Made by a program: the position numbers and the translations under genes. Positions 1 to 8,686 of a DNA stretch of 44,354 nt are shown here, piece after piece. Source of the stretch: an uncultured Muribaculaceae bacterium (GTDB lineage Bacteria > Bacillota_I > Bacilli_A > RF39 > UBA660); assembly GCA_964461005.1 (NCBI GenBank), contig CAYWQQ010000002.1, positions 1 through 44,354 on the forward strand, in the 5' to 3' direction. Every line of letters starts with the position of its first letter. The stretch's first letter is position 1. The notes below the pieces were generated by a model that searched no databases, was not told the DNA's origin, and saw only the letters and a list, made by a program, of their open reading frames with translations.

Positions 1-322
1 GAGTTTTTCTCATAACCATTGATATACCGTTTTTAGCAATCGAATCATGAATAAAATTTAAACGCAATTCAGCACTTTCGGCATCTAGAAATGGATGAGC
101 CATATTAAATGTTTTACCCATAATATTTGAACATTGAAATGCTATTTTTTCAATAATTGCATTGTTTGCGTCTTGTTTTTCAGCTCTATAAACGCCTTTT
201 GATAAACTCTTAATCCATAATTGACCATTATTACCATAGTCAACATCCGTAATATCGTCATCATTAAGATATTCTTTTAAAGGGCCAAAATCTATATTAT
301 TAAACAAATTGTCCTCGTACAT
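1..322 (-). CDS. CpaF/TadA/VirB11-type secretion/pilus ATPase, N-terminal 107 codons only (gene continues beyond left edge)
   Basis: Own translation of the minus strand from ATG at 322 (SD AGGGGTG 5 nt upstream): MYEDNLFNNIDFGPLKEYLNDDDITDVDYGNNGQLWIKSL...AESAELRLNFIHDSIAKNGISMVMRKT. The ITDV-x3-NG-x3-W and R-x-N...ISMVMRK pattern matches the N-domain of CpaF/VirB11-like ATPases. The Walker motifs would lie outside the window. Confidence 0.55.
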   Translation of the reverse strand, partial: MYEDNLFNNIDFGPLKEYLNDDDITDVDYGNNGQLWIKSLSKGVYRAEKQDANNAIIEKIAFQCSNIMGKTFNMAHPFLDAESAELRLNFIHDSIAKNGISMVMRKT

Positions 323-347
323 ATCTGCACCCCTTTTTTACTTCTTA

Positions 348-1187
348 CTATTCTGTTTTTTCAACTTCTTTAGTTATTTCTTCTCCAATTTCAGGTAATT
401 GGTCTTCAGGCACAACAGCTGTCTTTAATTCAATAAATGTTTTCAAATATTGATTTGAAACATTAATTGCTCCAACTTCTGTATAATATGAAGAAGTATT
501 TGGAACTGGAATTAATTCGGCTTTAATTTCATCATTTTCTTCTAGAAAATAACCTTTTCTTAATAACAAATGCATGTCTTCAGGTAATGCGAAAATAATA
601 CTATTTGATATTCTTTCTTCATCTGTGTTTTCAAAAACATGCTTTCCATTACGATCTTTAACATCCAAAACTTGAATATTTTCTACTAATTTACCAACCA
701 TTACTTTACCAGTATCGTCTATAGCTTTAAAGTAAACATCGATATAATTACCTGGAAAAATTGAATTTCCATATGAAGTATTAACATCTACATTTAAACT
801 GAAAGGAACAAAACCAACTGGAACATTTACTAAATATGAATCCGGTAAATCATCAGCTGTAACTATAGTCCCATCATAAAACAAACTTCCTTCAGGTATC
901 ATTGTGTTGTAATTTGAATATTTATCAATAATCAAATTTGCATTTTGAATTACTTTACCTTGGATCATTGCTGGTGGTATATCTGCATAACCAATCATTT
1001 TATCCGTAATTTTTGTTCTTGGTTGGATAGTTTCCAATGCGTAAGGCATCCTTTGTGGTTTTATTGCTTGATTTACTCTAAAATTGTAAGCAAAATATAA
1101 TACTACTATTCCCAAAATAACCCCTAAAATTGTTACTGTGTTCTTATTACTTAAGAACTTCTTAATGTTAAAAGCAAAATTTTGCAT
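348..1187 (-). CDS. CpaB/RcpC-like Flp-pilus assembly protein (N-terminal TM anchor plus SAF-like domain)
   Basis: 279-aa ORF, ATG with SD AGGAGG. One N-terminal TM (TILGVILGIVVLYFAY), then a SAF-like stretch (PYALETIQPRTKITDKMIGYADIPPAMIQGKVI...MIPEGSLFYDGTIV). The C-terminal part (NIQVLDV...IIFALPEDMHLLLRKG) resembles the RcpC/CpaB C-domain. It lies immediately upstream of the ATPase. Confidence 0.5.
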   Translation of the reverse strand: MQNFAFNIKKFLSNKNTVTILGVILGIVVLYFAYNFRVNQAIKPQRMPYALETIQPRTKITDKMIGYADIPPAMIQGKVIQNANLIIDKYSNYNTMIPEGSLFYDGTIVTADDLPDSYLVNVPVGFVPFSLNVDVNTSYGNSIFPGNYIDVYFKAIDDTGKVMVGKLVENIQVLDVKDRNGKHVFENTDEERISNSIIFALPEDMHLLLRKGYFLEENDEIKAELIPVPNTSSYYTEVGAINVSNQYLKTFIELKTAVVPEDQLPEIGEEITKEVEKTE

Positions 1188-1199
1188 CTTTTTTCCTCC

Positions 1200-1634
1200 T
1201 TATTTCTTTATTTTATTATTTTCATAAACTCTAAAATTGGATTCCAATACAGAATCAATTTTATTTACAACATTGAAATCATCGATTTCATAATTGTAAA
1301 TTTTGACTTCATTTCCAATAATGACTTCCACACTAACCTTTGGTGGTATCTCTATTATATCATAAATATTTATTGTATAGTCAGTTGTTTTTGTATAAGA
1401 ATTAGCAAATCTTCTCGTCAAGTTCTCAACAAACTCTTCTTTAACAATTCTTAATTCTCCTTTTGTTCGATAATAACCCAAATCAATTGAATCAAACATT
1501 GCAGCCTCTGTTGATTCTTTCAGCACATAATATACATCTTCATTTGTCGTTACAATTGTTTGAAAGAAAACCAAAATTGCTAAACCAATTAAGCCCATAA
1601 CAAATACCGCTAATGCAAAATACGATTCTTTCAT
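1200..1634 (-). CDS. Hypothetical N-terminally membrane-anchored 144-aa protein of the Tad-like operon
   Basis: ATG with strong SD (AGAGGGGGA). N-terminal hydrophobic helix ALAVFVMGLIGLAILVFF followed by a soluble domain. No G/xxxxEY or GFTLIE prepilin motif. 1-nt gap to the upstream gene. Confidence 0.6.
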   Translation of the reverse strand: MKESYFALAVFVMGLIGLAILVFFQTIVTTNEDVYYVLKESTEAAMFDSIDLGYYRTKGELRIVKEEFVENLTRRFANSYTKTTDYTINIYDIIEIPPKVSVEVIIGNEVKIYNYEIDDFNVVNKIDSVLESNFRVYENNKIKK

Positions 1635-1635
1635 C

Positions 1636-4221
1636 TTAGTTCCCCCTCTTATATTTATCTAAATTACTATTTATAAACTTGCTTTGTTCTTCTTCTGTTA
1701 AATTAAATTGTCCATATTTATGTGTTAAATTATATAACTTAATAGCAACATTTTGAAAAACACCTGCTCTAAATGAATAAATTGGAGTTTGATTATATAA
1801 AGTATAACCTTTTTTCTCAATATTAGCTGCTACTTTTAAACCTTCTTCACTAAGCCAATTATTTCCATAATAATTATTTTTTAATTTAGATGGAGTAGGG
1901 AAAACTTTGTTTAAAGATATTTGACGATATTTAACATTTATACCTTCTTTACATTTTGTACAACAAGTAGTATTGCTACCAACACAACATGTGCTTTTTT
2001 CTTGTTCTTCTGTACAGCTGCCACCAGGAGGCGTTGGTCCAGGACAAAAAGCATCTTCTTGAGAATATGTTATTAATCCCTTTTTAACTTCATATTCACA
2101 TGTGATTTCTACATCTTTCCTTCTCTCCCAATATTCACCAATATTACGGGCAATACCATCTATAAAAATTTTAAATGGATATTTGCATGTTGCATCTCTC
2201 ACATCAGAGAAAAATACTCTTCCATCTTCTCCAGCTAAATAATATTTTTCAGTTGGACTCATTTCACTTTCAGTAACAATTCTACCTGTTGATTGTTCTG
2301 AATAATATACATTAGCTATATCATAAACGGCATCTTTTATATTTGAATTTAAATTCCATGTGATTGGTACTAAAACTCTGTTATCGCCCTCTTCTCCTTT
2401 GTTACAAGGAGAAAAATTAAATGTATCTTTATCAACGCAGATGTAAGATTCGTTTGAAAAAGAATTTGTTAAAATACCATCATTTGTTTTTTTATACCCA
2501 ACTTCTTTTTGTATTCCACCAGACATTTCAAATTTTCCACTAACTTTAGCATCAAAGGTATATTTGTTAGGACCAGTTGAAAAATTATCTTTTAAATCAA
2601 TACAATTTTCTAGCGCTTCTTTTATAATCCAAGTTGCAATATCTGTTTTAACATTGTAAGTGTTGTCGCAAGCCGTACACTTATAAGCCTCTTTAATTAT
2701 TTTTAAATCTTCAAATATTTTTTTATAGTTATAAAAATCAAATTCACAAAATCTTTTACCGTCTACATTAATTGGATATTTAAACCACATACCGGCGGTA
2801 ACGTATTTCTTACCATCATATTTTACAGAAACATCTTCTTCACATTCTACCTTACAATAACTATTATCAAAAATTATTTCTTTTTTTAATTTAGGTATAT
2901 TGCTTGTTCTCGTTTCGGTATTTTCTGAAACATCACAAGTATAACTGTAAGTTTCTTTACTATCGGGATTTGTTGAAACCATAACAGATCCATCTGGAAA
3001 TTCTTTAACCTTGTCAACCGCATTTTCTAAAGAATCAAGGAGTGCTATTATTGAAGGACAATTATTTACACATTCCGACCCATATCTTGACGTAGTGTTT
3101 CCACCTGTTAATGTTACCCAAAAAGCAGGGACCCAAACATCATCAGCAGGAGTACCATCTTCTTCTGAATACCAAGGTCTTATCCACTTATTACTGCCAA
3201 TACTATCGACTGCCCAGCAACCACTCTTATTAGTGTTATTCCATGTATATGGTGCCCCACATGTTGATTGACCATTACTCATGTAATTTCCAGCACTTGG
3301 AATATGATTATCTTTTTGATAAAAAACTCTATACATTTTAAAATATTTTAGACTAATTGGAAAGCCGCTGCTAGCTCCATCTTGAACTGCTGCTACTTTA
3401 TATGTATAATTAGTCAATATATTAAGATCAAAAGCTTTTGCTGTTCCACGAAACGTAGCCGAATTCCTAGGGTGACCTCCCTGTACTATTGATAAAACTC
3501 GATCTGTACTAGAAAAATTAAAACTAACATCTCCAGATTTAGTGTTTATTTCTGAAAGCACTGATTGTTTTAAAAAATTTATATCATTAATTGTTCTTGT
3601 CGTTCCATTAGATAGAGTAACTGTTAAATCTATTGAAAAATAAAGAGGCTTGTACGTCACTTTATACCAAGTTTCAAATCCATTTCTAAAGACAACTTCT
3701 TTTTTTCTAGAATCTTCTGATTCTAGATATTTTCCAATTATATCTTGCATATTTGTAACAAAACTTGCATCTTCAAACAAAAAATAATTGTTTCTATATT
3801 GTTTATCATTAGACCACCCTTGATTTGAAGCACTATTACAAATATCTTTTTGACTGTCAGCTTTATAAGCATAGCAAACTGTTGCATCATTAATTAAAGA
3901 GGGATTTTTTTCATAAAAAATATTTGTTGTATAATTAAATTCGATTTTGCTACCATTATCATCGCGCAATGGCTGACTTTTTGCACTATCTTTATATAAT
4001 GAGATTGTTATTTTAAATGACGGATTAATATTATCTACCTCTGCACCAACGTCGCCTGGTCCTTTGATTACTGCCCATCCCTCTATAATAAATTTGTTGC
4101 TGTTATCAACACCTATTCTATTTATTCCATATACAGAATTTCCAACCCACGCTGAAAAGGAAATTATAAAAGCAAAAAAAGAAATACTAAAAGCAAATAT
4201 AAATCCAATTATTTTTTTCAT
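1636..4221 (-). CDS. Large exported/anchored cysteine-rich protein (861 aa, 24 Cys), no recognisable family
   Basis: Long uninterrupted ORF. N-terminal signal/anchor MKKIIGFIFAFSISFFAFIISFSAWVG. 24 Cys, all after residue ~113. C-terminal cluster C-x9-C-x8-CC-x6-CC-x2-C at 1951-2046. The ATG overlaps the upstream stop (ATGA at 4218-4221). Confidence 0.8.
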   Translation of the reverse strand: MKKIIGFIFAFSISFFAFIISFSAWVGNSVYGINRIGVDNSNKFIIEGWAVIKGPGDVGAEVDNINPSFKITISLYKDSAKSQPLRDDNGSKIEFNYTTNIFYEKNPSLINDATVCYAYKADSQKDICNSASNQGWSNDKQYRNNYFLFEDASFVTNMQDIIGKYLESEDSRKKEVVFRNGFETWYKVTYKPLYFSIDLTVTLSNGTTRTINDINFLKQSVLSEINTKSGDVSFNFSSTDRVLSIVQGGHPRNSATFRGTAKAFDLNILTNYTYKVAAVQDGASSGFPISLKYFKMYRVFYQKDNHIPSAGNYMSNGQSTCGAPYTWNNTNKSGCWAVDSIGSNKWIRPWYSEEDGTPADDVWVPAFWVTLTGGNTTSRYGSECVNNCPSIIALLDSLENAVDKVKEFPDGSVMVSTNPDSKETYSYTCDVSENTETRTSNIPKLKKEIIFDNSYCKVECEEDVSVKYDGKKYVTAGMWFKYPINVDGKRFCEFDFYNYKKIFEDLKIIKEAYKCTACDNTYNVKTDIATWIIKEALENCIDLKDNFSTGPNKYTFDAKVSGKFEMSGGIQKEVGYKKTNDGILTNSFSNESYICVDKDTFNFSPCNKGEEGDNRVLVPITWNLNSNIKDAVYDIANVYYSEQSTGRIVTESEMSPTEKYYLAGEDGRVFFSDVRDATCKYPFKIFIDGIARNIGEYWERRKDVEITCEYEVKKGLITYSQEDAFCPGPTPPGGSCTEEQEKSTCCVGSNTTCCTKCKEGINVKYRQISLNKVFPTPSKLKNNYYGNNWLSEEGLKVAANIEKKGYTLYNQTPIYSFRAGVFQNVAIKLYNLTHKYGQFNLTEEEQSKFINSNLDKYKRGN

Positions 4222-4874
4222 AAAACACTCTCTTTTCTTTCTTTGATCTTAATTATTATTATTGTTGTTAGTCCTCCAACTATTATTGGTATTGTTATAA
4301 AAAGATAATATTTTTCTAAAAATTTTAACATTTCAGTAAAAAGATCTTTTTTTATTTCTTCTTTTGGATTTTCAATTGGAATTTCTTCTTTTTTTAAACC
4401 TTTAATATAACTATTTAGTCTTAATTTAAATTCCTCATAGGAATTAACTTTATAATAAACAAATTTTTTACACAAATCATAACTTTCATGGTTAACACAT
4501 AATTCATCTTTATAGTATTGATTAAAAAAAGGTAAGGTAATACTTTTTGAAGTTAGTTTTTTATGATAACAAGAACTGCTTTCGCCAGAAATAAATTCTA
4601 AAATATATGTTTTTCCAGGTAATAAATTAGATATTGATGTTTCTTTATTTCCATCCCAATTAATTACGCCTTCATTTTTTACATAACCATTTATATTTGA
4701 ACTTAAACCTTCTGCAATAATTTTAAATGTATTTGCTTTTTCGTTATAAGTATAATTAATAGTTACTTGGCCTACTTCTTTCATTAAACTATTTAATTCT
4801 TCAGAAGTACATTGAGCATTTACTTTAATTGAAAATATAAAAAAAGCAAATAATAATAAACTTATTTTTTTCAT
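4218..4874 (-). CDS. Exported protein with Sec signal peptide and C-terminal TM anchor (218 aa), first gene of the operon
   Basis: I moved the start to ATG 4874 (SD GGGGTG 6 nt upstream); the track's 4883 start is a GTG inside the SD. MKKISLLLFAFFIFSIKVNA|QC is signal-like. C-terminal helix ITIPIIVGGLTTIIIIKI followed by KERKE. 4 Cys. The TGA stop overlaps the next ATG. Confidence 0.7.
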   Translation of the reverse strand: MKKISLLLFAFFIFSIKVNAQCTSEELNSLMKEVGQVTINYTYNEKANTFKIIAEGLSSNINGYVKNEGVINWDGNKETSISNLLPGKTYILEFISGESSSCYHKKLTSKSITLPFFNQYYKDELCVNHESYDLCKKFVYYKVNSYEEFKLRLNSYIKGLKKEEIPIENPKEEIKKDLFTEMLKFLEKYYLFITIPIIVGGLTTIIIIKIKERKESVL

Positions 4875-4906
4875 TCTATGCACCCCGTTATACTATATAT
4901 GTTAAT

Positions 4907-4935
4907 ATTATATCATAAATAAATAAAAAAAACTA
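4907..4935 (-). promoter_or_regulatory. Putative sigma-A promoter (extended -10 ATGATATAAT) of the Tad-like operon
   Basis: The minus strand reads TGATATAAT at 4915-4907. The -35 is weak (TAGTTT, 17-nt spacer). It lies between the trmL terminator hairpin and the SD of the 218-aa gene. Confidence 0.4.
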
Positions 4936-4950
4936 TTTTTTTAAATAGTT
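4921..4950 (-). terminator. Weak AT-rich intrinsic terminator at the trmL 3' end
   Basis: Perfect 8-bp stem aactattt/aaatagtt (4931-4938 / 4943-4950) with a 4-nt loop, followed on the minus strand by TTTTTTATTT. It overlaps the trmL stop codon. Confidence 0.4.
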
Positions 4951-5439
4951 TTTTCCTTTTATTGTTTCATATTTTGATAATCCGAAAAAATATTTTTGGC
5001 GAAGAACTTCATAAAGAATTAAAGCAACACAATTGGACAAATTTAATGAACGAATATCCTTTTTCATCGGTATTCTAAAACAATGATCTAAATTATCTTT
5101 TAATATAGTTTTATCAATACCTGTGCTTTCTTTTCCAAAAACTAAATAGATATTTTCTTTTATTTTATTATATTCAACTTCACTATAAGTTTTTTGGCCA
5201 TATCTAGTAATATAAAAATATTGGCCTGAATTTTTTGAAGCAAAATCTTGATAATTTTCATATACAAAATATTCTAATTCATCAATATAATCCATACCAC
5301 TTCTTTTTAATTGTTTATCAAACAATTCAAAACCTAACGGCTTTATCAAATGAAGTCTAGCCCCAGTCGCAACACAAGTCCTCATAATATTGCCTGTATT
5401 TTGAGGAATCTCAGGTTCAAATAACACAATATTTATCAT
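4933..5439 (-). CDS. trmL: tRNA (cytidine/uridine-2'-O)-methyltransferase TrmL (SpoU/TrmH family)
   Basis: 168 aa. MINIVLFEPEIPQNTGNIMRTCVATGARLHLIKPLGF... and C-terminal RSLNLSNCVALILYE are typical of TrmL/CspR-type SPOUT enzymes. Confidence 0.8.
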   Translation of the reverse strand: MINIVLFEPEIPQNTGNIMRTCVATGARLHLIKPLGFELFDKQLKRSGMDYIDELEYFVYENYQDFASKNSGQYFYITRYGQKTYSEVEYNKIKENIYLVFGKESTGIDKTILKDNLDHCFRIPMKKDIRSLNLSNCVALILYEVLRQKYFFGLSKYETIKGKNYLKK

Positions 5440-5440
5440 A

Positions 5441-5938
5441 CTATTCCTCGATTATTTTGTTAGCTCTTAAAAAGTCATCAACTATTTCAATTGTTAAGTC
5501 ATTACTACTTAAAAAAGCTTTTAATGTATTGTGATTATATAACAATAATGCCGGAACATTTTTTAAATATTGACCCTTTTTACGAAAATCACTGGTGTTA
5601 TAAAGTTTATCTAAACTAACATTCAAATCATAATTTATTAAACCATTAACATTTATATAAACTATTTTATCGTTTAAATTCTCTTTTTCTATATATTGTG
5701 AAAATATTTTTTCAAAATCTTGGCAATTTTTATCATTAGTAATACCTAGATAAACTAATGATACAGGATTTTCTTGAAGATAATTAGTTAATTCAGAAGC
5801 ATTAATTTCACTAATATAGTTAACAATAATAGTTTTGTTTTTTTCGTTTTCTAAATAAACTTTATGCCATTTCAATCCATATACGCAACCTAATATAGTA
5901 ATTATACATAATAAAATAAATAATATTTTTTTCTTCAT
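5441..5938 (-). CDS. Membrane-anchored thioredoxin-fold-like protein lacking a CxxC motif
   Basis: N-terminal TM (ILFILLCIITILGCVY). The soluble part has a Trx-like layout (SLVYLGITNDKNCQDFEK...VPALLLYNHNTL) with only one Cys at the active-site position. The assignment is tentative. Confidence 0.45.
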   Translation of the reverse strand: MKKKILFILLCIITILGCVYGLKWHKVYLENEKNKTIIVNYISEINASELTNYLQENPVSLVYLGITNDKNCQDFEKIFSQYIEKENLNDKIVYINVNGLINYDLNVSLDKLYNTSDFRKKGQYLKNVPALLLYNHNTLKAFLSSNDLTIEIVDDFLRANKIIEE

Positions 5939-5940
5939 AA

Positions 5941-7386
5941 TTACTCCTTCTCAATCTCTTTATTAATATTTAGCCAGTCATCAACATTGAAATATTCACA
6001 TTCAATTCTTTTTAAAGGTTCTATTACTTCAAGTTCATCAAATTTAATTAAAGTTAAATATTTCTTGGCAGAATATTTTTTAATTTTAACTGCAGATAGA
6101 TTTAATTCTGCTTGATATTTTAATAAGAATTCCAAAGCGCTTTCTGGATTTAATTTTTCACTTTTTATTATTTCTTTGGTTATAGCTTTGCATTCAATAT
6201 ATCTTTTACCTTTAGTTACAAAATATAATATATCTCCTTTTTTAGTATTAGAGTAAATTGATTTTTTACTATTAGAGCCTCTTACAATAGCTGTCTTTTT
6301 ACCAGCAATAATTTTATCCATTTCTTTATCCGTTTTTTCTAAAAAGACTAAATGATTACATAAATCTTCTTGATATATTTTTAAATAAAAATCTTTCCAT
6401 ATTTTTAAAACGTTTTCTTTTGAATAAAAATCACTAATATTTTTTGATTTTCTGCTATATTCTTCATATTTTTTATCTTTGGATTTTAAAAGGTTAATTT
6501 GCTTAATGAAATCTGCATTATCAACACCTTTTAAATAATTATCAAAAAGTATATTTTCATATAATTCTAAATCTCTCAATAAGATTGGTACCTCTGTATT
6601 AGATGCTTCAAGAATAGACATAGGAAAGAGCTCGTTATATGAAGGCATAAATAAAACGTCAGCAATATTATACATATCATTCATTTTATCTCTTGGAATA
6701 ATACCTAAGAATTTAACATTTGTTGGAGGTGTTTCAAAAACCTTTTTTAAGTCTTTGTAGCCGTCTGTTATTGCTCCAAAAGAAAAGCCGCCACACCAAA
6801 TAAAAGTTGTCTCTGGCATGCTTTTAGCTACTTCAACAAAGTCTAAAACTCCTTTTCTAGTTTGAACTTGTCCAACACCTAAAACAACAAAGTCATTTTT
6901 AGTAACTCCTATTTCCTTTCTTAGTTTATCTATTTCATTCTGTGATTTTTTATAAAAATCCACCTTTGATACATAATTAGGTATATATTTAATTCTTTCT
7001 TTGGGAATTTTATATGCTTCTAATGCCGGAATAAATATCGGATTAACTACAACTAAATAGTCAGCACTTTTATAAAAATCTATTAAATATTTTTTAAAAA
7101 CTTCAAAAGCTGGCTTTGGTAAATTTATTGATCCATCCAAAGTCTCTGGTAAAAAATGAACGTAGCAAACATTAATCCCTTTACTTGTTTTCATCTTTAA
7201 ATAATTCATCGGTTCAATTGTATGATGATGAATAATGTCAGCATCTTTCCAATCGTTTATACGAACTTCAAAAATATCACTAGCACCTTCTGTAATTAAT
7301 TTAACTTGTTCTAAATAAGCGCTTCCAACCCCTTGGCCTTCTACTGAATCGGCTTTTGAAAGCATATTAATTGATATTTTTTCCAT
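5941..7386 (-). CDS. GT4-family (GT-B) glycosyltransferase with C-terminal ASCH/PUA-like extension
   Basis: 481 aa. Residues 1-~340 have the GT4 layout (NMLSKADSVEGQGVGSAY...; LGIIPRDKMNDMYNIADVLFMPSYNELFPMSILEA with E-x7-E-like motif). Residues ~345-481 (nt 5944-6354) carry IIAGKKTAIVR, close to the ASCH G-x-K-x-x-E-x-R motif, plus GDILYF. Confidence 0.7.
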   Translation of the reverse strand: MEKISINMLSKADSVEGQGVGSAYLEQVKLITEGASDIFEVRINDWKDADIIHHHTIEPMNYLKMKTSKGINVCYVHFLPETLDGSINLPKPAFEVFKKYLIDFYKSADYLVVVNPIFIPALEAYKIPKERIKYIPNYVSKVDFYKKSQNEIDKLRKEIGVTKNDFVVLGVGQVQTRKGVLDFVEVAKSMPETTFIWCGGFSFGAITDGYKDLKKVFETPPTNVKFLGIIPRDKMNDMYNIADVLFMPSYNELFPMSILEASNTEVPILLRDLELYENILFDNYLKGVDNADFIKQINLLKSKDKKYEEYSRKSKNISDFYSKENVLKIWKDFYLKIYQEDLCNHLVFLEKTDKEMDKIIAGKKTAIVRGSNSKKSIYSNTKKGDILYFVTKGKRYIECKAITKEIIKSEKLNPESALEFLLKYQAELNLSAVKIKKYSAKKYLTLIKFDELEVIEPLKRIECEYFNVDDWLNINKEIEKE

Positions 7387-7454
7387 AAAAAAGAACCACC
7401 TTTTTAGTTATATTTAGTAGTTCTATTATACTCTATAAAAAATATAGGGTCAAT

Positions 7455-8684
7455 TTAAAAGTTAAACATCAGCCATTCAGGTTTAAGTATCATTAATATT
7501 CCTATTAGTACCATTAAAATACCACCTATTAAATGAGAATATTTTGCATACTTATTTGATAATCCAGTTACTTTAAAAGTTTTCATTGCTATGAAAAAAA
7601 TTATTAAATCATCTATTAAGAAAAACAATATATATAGGAATAAGTAAAAACCATATTCTAGAAATGATAAATTGTTTAGTGCTAAAATATTAGTAAATAC
7701 AACTGGTAAACCAGCAGAACATGTTAATTCAATAAAATTAACTGAAACGGCTAAACCAATTATTCCTATAATTGCTAAAGAAAGTTTTGAGCCTGTTGTT
7801 ACTTTTTTAACTTTGTTTAATACCTTAATTCTTTTTTTCTCATCAACAACTTCACAACCATCTTCTTTATTATTAAAGAAGGATTTTAAATTCCAAGCTC
7901 CCCCTATTAATGCTATTAGAGCTATTAAAAGTTTTATCCAAAAAATTGTTCCTAAAAAAACAGTAATATTTAACCAAGCAACCATAAATAGCAAATATAT
8001 TATGGCGGAAGTTCCTAAAAATATCGATCCTAGAATCCACATTTTTTTTCTGTCTTTCATACCAATTAAAACACTTATTAAAAATAGTAAAACCCACATG
8101 GCACAAGGGTTAAAACCGTCTATAAAACCAATTAATATAGATACAATTGGTAAAGATAAATTTTTAGTTGAAATACTACCGAAAAAAGGTATTTCTATTT
8201 TGTTGTTTTCATCATCTTTTTCTTCAGGAAAATATTTTTCTTTTAGTTCTTCGTATGTTGCCGTTCCATTAGTTAAGTCTTTACCAACAATTTTTCCAAC
8301 CGGATCGCTATAAGAATCAGCCTTACTATATACTTTTATAGCATATTCAATAAGTGGTTTGCTTTGAGCACTTGAATAACCAATAAAATACTTTGTACCA
8401 ATTACAGTAAAAGGAACGGACCCAGAATCAACATTCAATTGAGTAGCAACACGACTAAATAAAACGGAGTTATTATAATTATATGCAACTTCATATTTAT
8501 AAACTTGAATATTGGCAAAATCTTTTTTTGTTTCTTCAATATCTTGTAATAAAACCTTACAGTGTGGACAATCACGACTATAAAATATATATATATTAAC
8601 TTTATTATTTAAAGCTTTTCCAAATAAAGGAAATAAAAAAAATATAAATAGTGTTAAAATAATAATTCTGTTAATTTTTTTCAT
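7455..8684 (-). CDS. Extracytoplasmic thioredoxin/DsbA-like domain (CPHC) fused to a CcdA/DsbD-like membrane electron-transfer domain
   Basis: 409 aa. Signal/anchor, then CPHC at residues 39-42 (nt 8559-8570), then a polytopic domain with two membrane-embedded Cys motifs, FNPCAMW and ELTCSAGLP, as in CcdA/DsbD-type transporters. Confidence 0.65.
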   Translation of the reverse strand: MKKINRIIILTLFIFFLFPLFGKALNNKVNIYIFYSRDCPHCKVLLQDIEETKKDFANIQVYKYEVAYNYNNSVLFSRVATQLNVDSGSVPFTVIGTKYFIGYSSAQSKPLIEYAIKVYSKADSYSDPVGKIVGKDLTNGTATYEELKEKYFPEEKDDENNKIEIPFFGSISTKNLSLPIVSILIGFIDGFNPCAMWVLLFLISVLIGMKDRKKMWILGSIFLGTSAIIYLLFMVAWLNITVFLGTIFWIKLLIALIALIGGAWNLKSFFNNKEDGCEVVDEKKRIKVLNKVKKVTTGSKLSLAIIGIIGLAVSVNFIELTCSAGLPVVFTNILALNNLSFLEYGFYLFLYILFFLIDDLIIFFIAMKTFKVTGLSNKYAKYSHLIGGILMVLIGILMILKPEWLMFNF

Positions 8685-8686
8685 AA

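Noticed and set aside
7672-8313. A 213-aa plus-strand ORF, together with the similar plus-strand ORFs at 1182-1454, 3011-3271, 21568-21891, 31981-32196, 34395-34613, 35862-36319, 40680-40895 and 43292-43489.
   Set aside because: All lie antisense inside well-supported minus-strand genes such as tuf, ftsH, tilS, secA and the Trx::CcdA fusion. They have no SD and low-complexity F/L/I/S-rich translations. They are the stop-poor shadow frames expected in AT-rich DNA.
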